Shown piece after piece: positions 14,896 to 27,870 of a stretch of 64,000 nucleotides of DNA. The position numbers and the translations under genes are program-made. This DNA comes from Octopus bimaculoides (taxonomy: Eukaryota). How positions within the stretch are numbered: position 1 is the first letter of the stretch; each line of letters starts with the position of its first letter. Location of the stretch: the NCBI RefSeq assembly GCF_001194135.2, contig NC_068983.1, positions 65,385,776-65,449,775 of the forward strand, in the 5' to 3' direction. A model generated the notes under the pieces. The model searched no databases. It had not been told where the DNA came from and was given only the letters and a program-made list of their open reading frames with translations.

Positions 14896-15320
14896 ACTAA
14901 TAATAATGATGATGATGGTGATGATGATGATGATGATGATCATGATGATCATGATGATGATGCCTTGGTGTAGTACCAGGCAGTAGCTCCCAAGGCTTCT
15001 GGTCTTCACTGATCAGAAGTGTTACCATGTACATGTTTTGTCTTGGTATAAAATGATGGGTGACAATGTTTTGCTCAATACCACTGGTTTGCTTGAAAGT
15101 AGCTTCACCATAACCAGTTGAGCATATCCTCTAGTGGTTGACGATATACACTTCTCTGATCACGAACAGGTGTAGTGAGGAAGCGTCATAGCCATATGTT
15201 GAGAGGAATTTTTTGGGGTTTAAATAATTCACCACTGGAAACATGGGTGTTTCGTTCAATATCTTTAAATAACCTTTTGAGTGGGATGGGCTACCTGTAA
15301 GGTCATGCTTTGTTTATCTT
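14896..15320 (-). mobile_element. 3' end of an interspersed retroelement with (ATC)n tail
   Basis: rc ends ...gagctactgcctggtactacaccaaggcatcatcatcat; (ATG)n on plus at about 14903-14950. The family assignment is from recall only. Confidence 0.55.
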
Positions 15321-15371
15321 GAAATGAGATCACCACGTCGCTCACATATGGTTGTGATAATATAACAACTA

Positions 15372-15575
15372 CTCCCAGACATAGTCTTAATTGAGAAAGA
15401 AAGCAAACTATGTTGGATTATAGATATAGCGTGCCCTGCTGACAACAAGGTATGCGATAAGGAAGACAGAAAAGCCGATAGATATAATAGGTTATCTTGG
15501 GAGTTTAAGCAGTTGTGGTCGATGAAAAAGATAGCAGTAGTACCATTAAGTATCGGAGCGACTGTGCTACAATAA
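15372..15575 (+). mobile_element. R4/Dong-like non-LTR retrotransposon, RLE endonuclease fragment
   Basis: LPDIVLIEKESKLCWIIDIACPADNKVCDKEDRKADRYNRLSWEFKQLWSMKKIAVVPLSIGA, a PD-(D/E)xK RLE signature; homologous to 29305-29480. Confidence 0.9.
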
Positions 15576-16823
15576 GATCTTACATTGAGTTTCATCATTT
15601 TCACAATTTCCGTTGTTGTATAACCCTTCTTCTTGAGAGTTTCCTTCTTCAGTATTTTTGTCCATTTCTCTTTTTTGGCAGCAGCAATTGAAATATGGAA
15701 AAACAGATTTATATCTTGCTGTTGTTCTTTACTTATTTATCTTTGGTTTTATTTTTCTCAACTAGTTATTGTATTGGCAATTTTATACTAGTTGTCGGGA
15801 AACATAAGGATTTCCCTTTCACTGTATTAGTGGGAAGTAAGTATTTCTTTTAGATTATGACTGGCTTTTATTTTCCATTTTAATTACTTGCTAGGCACAT
15901 GAGTTCATTTATCAACGAAAATAAAATCAAGAAAACGTACAAAAGGTGCAGTTCCTATTTTGATGTATGTTAGATTTTTTTTGCATTTAGTTCTGTTTTA
16001 GGTTCAAATTCAAATGTGTCTAAAATGCTCCTTTGTAACCTATTCTTTTGTCTGCTCTTAAAGTACACAGTCATTGATATGTAAATAATTGTATTACTTT
16101 TTTGTTATACTATTTCATCAGTGTATGTGCCTTAATGATAATGCTAATACTTACATATCCTCCCTTTAAAATTGTCTGAATGCATTCTTTGAATCGGAAT
16201 CTCATGTCAGTTTCTATAATCCTATAAGCCCTGATGTTAATAAAAGATCGGAACTCGACTAAATTCAAGCAAATACTTTTTTCTTCACCTAAAACGCCAA
16301 GAGGCTATTCAAAGTTGCAAATTATCATCAAAATCCCATTAAAGATCTGTTCTGAAGTTAATTATGGTAATACTGGGCATGATAATGAAGTAGGGGAGTT
16401 ATGTCAGGGCCAAAGAATGTGATGCTGATGAATTTTATGCTAATTCTGCCGACGTTAATAATACTACTGTTCCTTCCATGGAAAACAAAAATAAGCTTGT
16501 TGAAGATAATGAGGACGATGTTGATTATACGATATTCAAGAAAATGTTGCATATCTTTAAAGAGGAAGAGCTATACACAACATGGTACCTACTCGTCAAA
16601 TACATGTATCCATGGTAATTTTAAACCTCACATTAATTGCTTTTACTAATAATGTAACTGCGTTGATATACATGAAGGTTAACCAGAATTTTAAAATCCA
16701 CAAACACTTATAATCACTGAGTATTTTAAGCTCATCTGTCCAAAGTAGTGTGACAAGAATGCTAAAGGTATTACGGAAACGTAATGCCATATTATAGTAT
16801 GAGGATATATGAATATGTGTGTG

Positions 16824-16827
<4 letters not shown>

Positions 16828-16871
<44 letters not shown>
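16828..16871. repeat. (TA)n
   Basis: Direct. Confidence 0.95.
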
Positions 16872-16874
<3 letters not shown>

Positions 16875-16930
16875 GTGTACAAAACATGCGCGCATATATC
16901 CGGATAGGGTGAAGAAAACCATCTGCCATA

Positions 16931-18207
16931 TACGAGCTGTTACTCAAAAGTAACCGGAATCGATCACTAGAACCCACTTGATGTAGGCCTCAGGCATTAA
17001 TCTGCCGACCGGTGTCTTCTTTAGAGGTCGTATTACCAACTAGTGCGTCTTTGGCAGTGCTTCTCCGCTGTTTGTTGATTTTTACGATTGCTGAAAGACA
17101 CAATATGCTTCTGTTATGTTTTCTGGTGGAGGAAAAGGCTGCCGAAACAGCTGTCATGCTTCAAACAGCTTATAAGGATGCTGCCATGAGTAAAACACAA
17201 GTTTACGAACGGTTTCTACACTTTAGGAATGGTCACTTGTCGCTTGAAGACCAATCTCGTCAGGGCGACCATCGACCTCCCGAACGAACGGAAACATTAT
17301 GAACATTCATGAACTGATCTTGGAAGACTGTCGCAGAACAAGTGACAAACTTATTGATATGACTGATGTGTCTTGGAGCTCCTACCAACGAAGTTTAGCG
17401 AGGAATTGCAAATGAAAAGAGTTGGAGCAAAATTTGTTCCTCGTTTGCTCACGGAAGATCAACGGTAGTCACGACCAAATGCGAGTCATGCAAGGAAAGA
17501 TCAGTTGTAGGTTGATCCGAAACTTTTTTCGAACTTCATCACTGGTGAAGAAAGCCGGTGCTACGGCTAATACCCGGAAACGAAGCAGCAATCAAATCAA
17601 TGAAAGCGTTCAATGTCACCGTGTCCCTCACCACGCCGAAAAAGAAGGTGCGTCAAGTGAAGTTCAATGTCAAGACATGCTCATCCGTTTTATCAATGCG
17701 AAATTAATTGTCCATTCAGAATTTGTTCCTCCTGGTCAAACTAGCAACCAAGCATTTCACTTCACAGTTCTGATGTGTTTGTGACGAAAACGTCTCGATC
17801 AGTGGCAAATTGGAGAGTAGTGGTTTCATCACGACAATGCGTCTATCTGCGCAAACGGCCTTCAAGATCTGACTGATTTTGACCAAAAATGGCATGACCC
17901 CGCTTACCCACCCTTCTTATTCAACCGATCTTCCTCTCTGCAACGTTTTTTGTACTCCCAAATGAGAAAAGTTCATAAAAGTAAATGTTTTGCAGATGTG
18001 GATGAGGTGAAGAAAACAACGAGAGAGGCATTAAAAGGCGTTACTTTGAAAGAGTACTAAAACTGCTTCGAAAAGTGGAAAACGCTTCTGGGCCGAAGCA
18101 TTGCTTTGAACGGAGAATAATTTGAAGGCAATAAAAACGTAAACATGTAAAACATAGTGAATAAAATATTTTTGCAATTTACGGTTTCTTTCCAATACTC
18201 CCTAGTA
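16931..18207 (+). mobile_element. Decayed full-length mariner transposon (D34D)
   Basis: Degenerate TIRs tacgagctgttactcaaaagtaaccggaat / atttacggtttctttccaatactccctagta. Frameshifted transposase motifs: KAAETAVMLQTAYKDAAMSKTQVYE (HTH), AKFVPRLLTEDQ, ITGEES, HHDNA, HPSYSTDL. Confidence 0.92.
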
Positions 18208-18214
18208 TGGATAA

Positions 18215-19300
18215 TATGAAACTATACACAAATGAGACTAGGTCAACAGATCTGTATTGTCTTGTTCATGAACTGAGAATATTTACCAAGAATTATTTAC
18301 CTAGCACCAGAATATATTATTTGACTATACTTAATTGGCATGTAGGCTGGGGTTAATTTATATACAGTTTTAATTATGATATTAAAGTTAAAAAATAAAA
18401 TCTTATGATATAAAGATAGCGCGAAGATATCGCTAGATTGCTGATCGGTGACAGATAATGAAGCGTTCAAGTAACTAGGAATACTACAAGATGATAAAAG
18501 AAAGAGAAACTGGAAATCCTGCAAAAGGTAGAAAAGGAGGATTAGCAAGGTATTTATTAAAAAACTAAATTCTGAGTGTGTTAGCTATGCCAATTTTGAA
18601 AGACGCTGCTCTTTTGCATAAGTGGACAGGTAAGAGCTACAAGAAAAAGAAACCTCGAGGAAGTGGCTCAGAATGTATAAAGCGTACAATCGTATAATTA
18701 ACATCGCCCGTTTTGGCTTGCTAAGAAGGGATGGAGGCGGAGACTTATTAAACGCAGAAACGATACTGGGTTTATAAAATAATGTTTTGCACAGAAAAGA
18801 AAGAATATTACATGTGGCCTGAAATATCAAAGAATCAGCGAAATATTGGGTTAAATGAATAACAAAAAACAACAACATAATAAATAGCTAGAAAGGGGCG
18901 GAATCACAGGCCAAATTCATACAATATGGAAAGGATGTTTATAGCATGAGTTTTTATTCTTGTAAGTTATGCGTGGAAACCTGGAACTAGAAAATGGGTA
19001 GACATTAGAATGTATTTGGCAACGCCAAAGATTGCTAAATTACAGACAGAGAGCAAATGCCGAATATATGTAAAAGCAGACGCAAGCGAGTGCAATCAAC
19101 TCGTGCAAATGCTTTTTTATGAGTATTTTCTACAGAAATTAAGCATAATATTGAAATGAGGTGACAACATAGGGTCGTCTGTGACGATAGGTGAAAGTTC
19201 ATAGAATATGCAGTACAAAATAATAGTGGAATGGATATCAATAAGTGGATGAAATTATGAAATATCTGGGCAAAGCAATGGACATGAAAATGTTGTTAAA
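18215..19300 (+). mobile_element. Highly decayed R4/Dong-like RLE LINE (RT C-terminus to CCHC)
   Basis: DNEAFK*LGILQDDK, RKWLRMYKAY...ARFGLLRRDGGGDLL (cf. RLYLxRxxGGRGL), ESKCR; same motif order as in 58630-60496. Confidence 0.7.
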
Positions 19301-19985
19301 CACACCCCTCAGAAAGTTGTAATAGCAGATGAAAATATGTGCAAGACGCTTCTTAAATATACTTACAAGAATGTGAAAACAATTGTTGCAATGGTTATAT
19401 TAGATTCCGCTGTAAAAGTACATTTACCTCATGGCATGCCCGTTTAACATTTACAAGTGCACAAAAATTTTATATTCGCTATTCGTTTGTCACTAGTATA
19501 GCGAATATATTATAACTCGAGGAGACATTTCGTTATACGTATACTACCATTTCCTAACAGAGTTGTGACATAAGTCTCCAAATTCTAAAATGTTTTGAAT
19601 CTAAGAAGTATGTTCCTATGTTTTCCCTTAGTTTAATATCCCTGTAGGGTGTAAAGTTAGTGTTTTACTCGAGAAGCACTCAACCTCAATATTGGTCTGT
19701 CAACACTGTCAGGTTTCAAGCTAATACCGGAATTCGTCAAGTGTAAAAAATCCTTGTTTCACGATGATGACACCGTAAAGTGGGTTTGAGGAAGAGTAAA
19801 CAGACCAAGCACACTTTTCATGAAAGTCTTAGGAAATGCTTCTCTAATGTCTAAAATCGCAAATATTTTGACTTCGAATTATTGCGTAAACTGTCATTTC
19901 AAGCACAGTTGGTACAGGAATACTTGTAACGGATTATTAAAGATGGGTTAGATAATTTTATTTGTCTGATTATTATTATTTTCAG

Positions 19986-19990
<5 letters not shown>

Positions 19991-20080
<90 letters not shown>
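19991..20080. repeat. (TA)n
   Basis: Direct. Confidence 0.97.
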
Positions 20081-20083
<3 letters not shown>

Positions 20084-20100
20084 CATACAAAATTAAGAGG

Positions 20101-20611
20101 AAATACCACCAAAAGTGGACTCCCATATGCTAGAAATAGATGCCAAATCACCTAACCACAAAGAGTATGTTCTCAAGAAAAAAATTTCAGCAAGACGCCT
20201 GACTGTAAAAACAACCAAGACAAATGAAAATATACAAAATTAAAAAAAAAACGATTACCTACGTACCAATGGTTTCACCTGTTAATATTTACACAAGTAA
20301 ATATCTGCAGGATCATCAGCGTAGTCTGTCGATTACAAAATATAATTTCCAGAACTAGACACAGAACGTTCACCCGAAAGGAAGCATGTATAACGTTCTG
20401 CAAATTACAATCGGTGTATTTTTCAAACGTCTTCAATCTGAAACCATTGGTACGTAGGTAATGTTTTTTTTATTTCATATATTTTCATTTGTCTTGCTCA
20501 TTCTTACAGTCTGGCGTCTTGCTGAATATTTTTCCTTGAGAACATACTCTTCGTGGTTAGGTGATTTGGCATCTATTTCTAGCATATAGGAGACCACTTT
20601 CGGTGGTCATT
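20101..20611. mobile_element. Inverted-repeat element with about 175-bp arms (20101-20277, 20439-20611), hammerhead-bearing; probable inverted PLE pLTR
   Basis: aaataccaccaaaagtggactcccatatgctag...ccaatggtttca versus tgaaaccattggtacg...ccactttcggtggtcatt; the right end runs into an N-gap. Confidence 0.8.
20259..20324 (-). ncRNA. Type I hammerhead ribozyme motif
   Basis: CTACG-CTGATGA-T[CCTG..ATATTTAC-ttgt-GTAAATAT..CAGG]T-GAAA-CCA-T-TGGT-A/CGTAG. Perfect 5-bp stem I, intact core, GUA site, near-palindromic stem III. Confidence 0.8.
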
Positions 20612-21152
20612 NNNNNNNNNNNNNNNNNNNNNNNNNNNNNNNNNNNNNNNNNNNNNNNNNNNNNNNNNNNNNNNNNNNNNNNNNNNNNNNNNNNNNNNNN
20701 NNNNNNNNNNNNNNNNNNNNNNNNNNNNNNNNNNNNNNNNNNNNNNNNNNNNNNNNNNNNNNNNNNNNNNNNNNNNNNNNNNNNNNNNNNNNNNNNNNNN
20801 NNNNNNNNNNNNNNNNNNNNNNNNNNNNNNNNNNNNNNNNNNNNNNNNNNNNNNNNNNNNNNNNNNNNNNNNNNNNNNNNNNNNNNNNNNNNNNNNNNNN
20901 NNNNNNNNNNNNNNNNNNNNNNNNNNNNNNNNNNNNNNNNNNNNNNNNNNNNNNNNNNNNNNNNNNNNNNNNNNNNNNNNNNNNNNNNNNNNNATATATA
21001 TATATATATATATATACTGAAGGTGGCTGGAGCAATTCAAAACCAAAAAGGAAATAATTTACCGCCACTAAAAGTGACTCAGTTTCCCAAGAGGTACAAG
21101 CATTGCTAGAAATAATGAGTCAAAGACTCCTTAACTTCAAAGAGTACAAACA

Positions 21153-21337
21153 ATAACTCTCCACCATAAGCGAGATGCATTAGATTAACATTTTAATTTC
21201 GCATAGGAAATCGTTACTCGTCAGTAATGCTTATTCCATTACCACCCGTAATGAAGTAAGTATACTAACGAGTATTAATTTCTTATACGAAATTAACATA
21301 TTAATCTAATGCATCTCGTTTATGATGGAGAGTTGTT
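21153..21337. mobile_element. About 185-nt continuous fold-back made of two inverted hammerhead-bearing units
   Basis: aactctccaccataagcgagatgcattagattaa...cttattccattac-caccc-gtaatgaagtaag...ttaatctaatgcatctcgtttatgatggagagtt. Confidence 0.8.
21177..21230 (-). ncRNA. Type I hammerhead ribozyme motif, apparently intact
   Basis: GCATTA-CTGACGA-GTA..TGC-GAAA-TTAA-aatg-TTAAT-C/TAATGC. 6-bp stem I, canonical core, G10.1-C11.1, 5-bp stem III with 4-nt loop, AUC site. Confidence 0.85.
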
Positions 21338-21696
21338 TCCCCTGAGAGCCAAAATAGAACATGGGGCCTTTTGTAACTAAGGTTTCTTTGACTCCTATTT
21401 CTAGCAATGTTTATGCCCTTTTGCGGCCTTGGTCACTTTTAGTGCGTGCGTGCGTGCGTGTGTGTGTGTGAGTGCGTGTGTATGCATGTGTGTGTGTGTA
21501 TGCATGTGTACATATTAATGCATTTAGATATGTGATGTACATTATTGCTTGTACTCTATGTAGGAACGTGTTACCTTTTCCCTCAGTTTAAGTGAGACAA
21601 TTTTGCAACAATTTCATGCATAACGCCCTAAAAGAAAACATAAGAAAGCTTCAGTTGTATGAAACGTCAAAATACTTTGATATTTGGCTCTTTAGT

Positions 21697-21880
21697 TGTA
21701 TGTATGTATGTACGTATGTATATATGTATGTATGTATGTATGTATGATTGTATGTATGTATGTTTGTATGTATGCACATATGTATATATGTGTGTATGTA
21801 TGCATTATGTATATATATATATCTGTGCATGTATGTATGTATCTGTGTATATATGCATGTATGTATGCATGTATGTATGC
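21697..21880. repeat. (TATG)n imperfect microsatellite
   Basis: Direct; source of the MYVC ORFs. Confidence 0.95.
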
Positions 21881-23329
21881 GTGAATGTTTTATAGAGAGC
21901 CTTATAATCTTATATTTTTATATTCTTAGACAAAATGCACAGAAATATTTCCAGAGTATTCGATAAACTTGTTAATCGATAACCCTGTGTTCATAGTTAT
22001 TAATATTCAAAGTATATTGTTCCTGCAATCCTAGCTGGAATTCATTTATTCTTCCCCTAATAGTATGCTAATTTAGGGGTATTCAAAGTATAAAAATTTT
22101 AAATACCAGTTCGTATCACAGTTTTAAAGATATATTATTACTTTTATTCCTCACCTGTATGTGTAAAAACATGACCAGACATTTTCTGTTATAAGAATAA
22201 AGTTTCACTACCTGAACTTTTAAAAGACAGTAAAACGACTTCCGAATAATGTTTTATTTGTATTTAAATACGGTTTCCAAGGAAATAGTTGAACTTAAGT
22301 AAATATATGAAAAGAAGTTGTCCTTTTGAATTAAGATATAAAAGCTACGCTGCAGGCGATTTCACTTAGAACAAGGAATTAAATTTAACAAAAACGTACA
22401 TACAGTACGAATAAGTGAGAACAATTTTCATTGTTCAAATATTTTGCTATATCGTTATTCCGTAAAATTTTGGAATCTATCAATCTTTAGTTGCAGCGCA
22501 GATTACAACGTTCAAAAATTCCTGCTTTAATGAACATGATTGGGGAATATTCAAAGGAAATCGTATTCACTGTTTTTGTGAATTCATATATGCCTCAAAT
22601 AATCAAGAAGGAGTTTCACCAGACTATAGTCTAAAATACTCCTTGCTAATCATACGTTTCTATTTACATATTTTCTGTAAATTAGCTGCGAATGCTTGCT
22701 CAATGGCATTCTTTAAATCGGATACTAGTATGCTCTGTTACAAATAAAACTCTAAGCATATCTGAGTTGATCAGGTAAAGTGCTGTTAGCAGTTACGTTC
22801 ATCAATTATTAATAGACGTAACTAGAGGAAACATAGCTAGTGTGTGTGTGTGTTACAGATGACTGCAGATCTATGAAGATAATATGAATCGAAATGAATA
22901 ATCTGTGAAATTATGTGGATAAAATATCATACGGACAAACAAGAGCTAGACTTGATTACTCTCAGTGGTTTTATGTCGGTTACTTCAGAAGAACAGAAAC
23001 GATTGTAGCATACATTTACCTAAAATAGCATTTTGAGAAAATTTTTCTCGTGTACTTCTCTTTATAAAATTGCCCAGTAGAGAGAATTGTTCCCTCTATT
23101 GCATAATTTTACTTCAGAGTTCGTAATTAATCCGGCTATTTCTTACATACAGCATAAACACGACATATTCTTCACTTTCCATTCTTGAACCATAATACAG
23201 AATTCATAAAATGTTTCTAGAAAAAACTTACACGTATTGATGTAAAACATATCATAAAAGAAGGAAAATGCACAGAAATGATACGTAGGAAAAATATATT
23301 TATAACCTAAAATATTTTCATAATCAGCC

Positions 23330-24060
23330 GGTTCCGAGTCACCTTCTTTTCATTTGCTGCCGTTAATGGTGATCTGTTGATTCTTGAGTACAGTGTCTCT
23401 TTTGTTGACTTCGTTGTTCCTTCCAATTTTGGTGATTTTTCTATCGTTGTTGCACTCGCACCTGAATGTGATTGTGCAGTTTCTAATATTTTTATGGGCG
23501 CAATCTGACGTTAGAGCTGCTGCTCTTGATACCCCTGGTGTTGTGTTACTGTTGTAGTGGTCTTTGAGAAAATGTGGGCTTCTATTCTTTCTTTTGTTGT
23601 AAGCAAAATTCCTTGAGGTGGTTTGTGTCACCACACAAGTGACATAATGTCGTTGTGCCCTCAACAACCACTTAGAGTTGTGAGCTCTCTGGCGGCATAA
23701 GTGGGCCTGAAATAGATTCCATAATTCGGTTGCCCGTTTGAGTTACAAACTCCATCCATTGGCCCAACTAAGTCTTGTATCTGCAGCATTTAGATGGGCA
23801 GAATTTAAATTTTCTCCTGTATATAGAAGATGGCAGCCTCTACAAACAAGTAGAAGTTTATATCCGGGAATATCACCTGTATTTTATACTCTGAACCCCC
23901 TACAGCTGAGATAGGTTTGTATATCGAACACTTCATGTTCTCTAGCGTTGCCGTGGAGGGCTTCCTGGTCTCTTTTGTAGTAAATCACTATACCGTGCCA
24001 TAGTTTCCATAAGTTAACCTATTTGCTTTTGAGATATTCTCCTTTTTAACGATGCTTCGC
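23330..24060 (-). mobile_element. Decayed LINE ORF1 (gag-like) with CCHC zinc knuckle
   Basis: VVVEGTTTLCHLCGDTNHLKEFC = C-x2-C-x4-H-x4-C at 23603-23644, flanked by stops. L1/Tx1-like affinity is inferred. Confidence 0.7.
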
Positions 24061-24150
24061 TTGTTCTATTTTACTTCCTTTTATCCTTTCAGATTTATGT
24101 AGTACTAGCAGAGATACCCGGTGTTGCTCAGATTAAATAGCATAGTGTTC

Positions 24151-24345
24151 CTTTGTTTTGATTGTTTCAGTCACGTGACTGCGGCCATCCTCGTGCACCG
24201 CTTGTACTCGAATAAATCTACAAAAGGATTTATTTTTTGTAAGCCTACTACATCTTCTATGAATTTGTTTTTCCAAACAGCTAACTTAGGGAGACGTAAA
24301 CACATCGACATCGGTGGTTAACCGATAGTGGGGGTATGAACACAT
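24151..24345 (-). mobile_element. SINE family A, tail portion
   Basis: gtttcagtcacgtgactgcggccat...gggagacgtaaacacatcgacatcgg; homologous to 34735-34940. Confidence 0.8.
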
Positions 24346-24722
24346 GCATACACACATACACACACACACATATATATATATACATGTACGAATATATATA
24401 CATGCACATATATACCTATATATATATTTATACATATATAAATATATAAACATATATATATATACATATATACATATAGACATATATATATGTATATATA
24501 AATCTCTCTCTCTCTCTCTCTCTCTNNNNNNNNNNNNNNNNNNNNNNNNNNNNNNNNNNNNNNNNNNNNNNNNNNNNNNNNNNNNNNNNNNNNNNNNNNN
24601 NNNNNNNNNNNNNNNNNNNNNNNNNNNNNNNNNNNNNNNNNNNNNNNNNNNNNNNNNNNNNNNNNNNNNNNNNNNNNNNNNNNNNNNNNNNNNNNNNNNN
24701 NNNNNNNNNNNNNNNNNNNNNN

Positions 24723-24777
<55 letters not shown>

Positions 24778-24980
24778 TATATACATCTATATATATGCCT
24801 ATATGCATATACATTTATACATATATATCTATACATATGCAGTTATATATATACATGTATATATGTATACATACGTATATATATATATATACATATACAT
24901 TCGTATCTATGTGCAGATGTATATGCACATATACATACGCGTATACATACATATATATACATACACGCACGCACACACAG

Positions 24981-25028
<48 letters not shown>

Positions 25029-25030
25029 GT
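24346..25030. repeat. Compound (CA)/(TA)/(TC) microsatellite with N-gap 24526-24722
   Basis: Direct. Confidence 0.95.
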
Positions 25031-27769
25031 ATATATGCAAGAGAATATTTTCTGTATTAATTGTGCAACTATTAAAACTGAAAATATTGTCTCACATTAC
25101 AATAGAGATGTTATTGTTTCACTTTTGACATATAAATCTAAAATAAAGTAAGAAATAAAATATCACTCCGAGATTGTGTTAGGCAAGAAGTTGAAATTTG
25201 TTTGGGTCCATAACACTGCATAGACCTTAAGTAAGGCATGTGTTGTACGTGCATGAAATGGTTTTGTATATTCCAGAGTTTTAGTGATGCTCACATACAA
25301 ACAGATATTCTCTGTTTTATATATATATAGATACTTTTCAATTTTGTGTCCTGTTAATACTCTCTCTTTTTTTTTCTTTTTTGCTTTGTCACATTTTCCT
25401 TCCTCTATTGCCCTTTTTCCTTTCTTCGCCCCTGTCCTTTCCTCTTATTCATTTTCTTCAGCAACACTTCCAACTCCACCTTGCGATAGGAATCCTATTT
25501 ATATGCTTAACTTTGATTAAAAAAAAAAAACATCCCTTGCTGATGAACCTATAGATGAATAAGCCGAACTCCAGAGAAGCAAGAGAATTAGCAAATAAAA
25601 ATATTTATCTCTAATATGGTACTGAATATTGTTTTTTTTTTTCCAAAATATTTGTTTAGTAATACCACGTCTATGAAACTCATGCTAGACGCGTGTGTGC
25701 TTTCCTTAGCTTCTATGAAAATAAGTAGTATTAATTGTCTCATGAATTAAAAAGATACACGTGTAGATTATAACAGGGCTTAGTGGAGAGAATTGTTCTA
25801 AGATATCAATATCTACCAGTATTTCAAACTTTCTGTGCGAATATGAAACCATATGATAACGTTTTGTGAAACAGAATAAAGCAGTACTAAAATTTATTGA
25901 TGCTGTTAACCATCGGCCGCTTTACATTTAAAATGTAATATTAGGATATACTTTGTTCTGAATAAATAAATACCGTATATAATATATTGTTGGGAAGATT
26001 ATTGTGTAGGGTTAAAAATGATAGAAAGTTTAACACTGATACGTATTATGTTATGTTATACACCTAATATATATGGCTATTCGTAGTTCAAGGCATCATT
26101 AAATTAAAACTAAGCAGTCATGTCATAACATACCTTATTCGTTCTACATCGTTGACGCGAGCGTCAGCTGATACGATTTTGTTTTCAAATATGTTGAAAA
26201 GTAGGGTATTCAGTTTTTTAGCTCATTGTTTTAGAGTTCCTTGAGCAGAACTTTGATGACTGTTATTTGACTTTCTTGTATATTTAGACAGCAAACATTA
26301 TTCGTATTGTACCTACAACTCCTTACAATGAAAGAAGAAATAGACATATTGTACAATCGTATGTATAGATGACCATTTCTATATATTTGAATTGCATAGG
26401 TTGTTGAATTAGCTAATACTTTACGAAGCAATAAAGTCTGGTCAATATTAAGAATTTAGGGAAATAAGTAGAATGGTGTAAATTTTGGTATTTATTTTAT
26501 AAAAAAAAACAAAAGTTCTTATCAAACTGGACACTTATATAGAAGTAATCATCAAATATATTATGTAGCGGGTTGTGGGCAAGGTAGGTGAGTATTAAGA
26601 TACTTCTACAGTTAGAAGGCTCGCTGTCTTTAATAAAATTGTAATATAAGACACGAATAGTAATATCTGAAAAAGGAATATAACTGTGAGTAGTGTTATC
26701 AATATGAAAACACCGTCAGAAATTAATTATTTAGCATCAGAGAGCCGTAAGCTGTACTGCAGTGAAGTGCTAATACTAATTTTTAATATTCCTGTGGACT
26801 GAATGATATCTATGGACAATGCCCCTTTAACTTCAGCAACGCAATTATCCCTTATGTCAATAGATTCACAAATAAATCAACCGCATTTCGCTACTCAACA
26901 TTCAATCCGTTAAAAGTAGTTTTTAAGTGGCTCTCAAAACATACTTTTCTTAAGAAACAGAAGAACGTATTGAATGACGATAAATTGTGAAAAAAGGCAA
27001 TATTCCCCGATACAATTCCTTTGATCATAGACCTGCTCCAAGTAATCCTCCCCGCCCATAACAAAAAAAGAAATTTATTACTGTTAAAATAGATAATTTC
27101 TTTTATCTCATAATCAAAGTTTCGTTTCCATTTAAGTCTGTGCGAATAAAATAGTGCTGCTATCATTCTATCTACCACCACCCCAGTTAAAAATGAGTAA
27201 GCTGTGCGGAAAAGGTAAGAGTCGTAAAGAAGACATACTGATTTATCAACAATTTAATTGATTGAATGTCATAGTCAACTCGAGTATTTCGATTTCCTTA
27301 TCAACCATATGTTTTTGAAATGCACTTCTAAGTAAGTAACTCTGCCTTCCTCACATATATGCTAAACACCCCTCACATTACAGCAAAACGTCTTACGAAA
27401 TGGAAAACATATGATATAACATAAAACTCCATATCTCTGAGCAGAGGGAAAATTTGTTTTTCATGGCTCTACATGATCATTGTGCATTTGTAAACTACAC
27501 TTCTGTGAATCATACCTGGGTAAAATATATTTTTAGCTTTGGTGTGAAACTTTAAATATAGAAATTCTGTACTAATGGTTTTTGTCACTAATATTTTATT
27601 TTCTACACGTTGATTTCACTCCAGAAATTTCAGGACCCAATAAAACATTTCCTTTCAGGATTTTGTTTCTAAAAACAAACAGGAAAATGTAAATTCGCAG
27701 TCACCAACCCAGATATATACGCTTCTATAATTCAGAATCGCCTAAATATATTGGTTTCAAATGTTTTCA

Positions 27770-27870
27770 CGAGGCCACATTTTCGGGGGAGAAGATAAAA
27801 GTCGATTACATTGATACCAGTGATCGACCCCGATAGGATGAAATCAAAGTCAGCCGCAGCGGAAGAATCA
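27770..27870 (-). mobile_element. SINE family B fragment
   Basis: gtcgattacattgataccagtgatcgaccccgataggatgaaatcaaagtc resembles 47105-47185. Confidence 0.65.

Noticed and set aside
14896-15575. Twin-priming-like inversion (3'UTR on minus, RLE on plus)
   Set aside because: The homologous RLE copy at 29221-29665 has a different, short 3'UTR, so these are probably two unrelated insertions.
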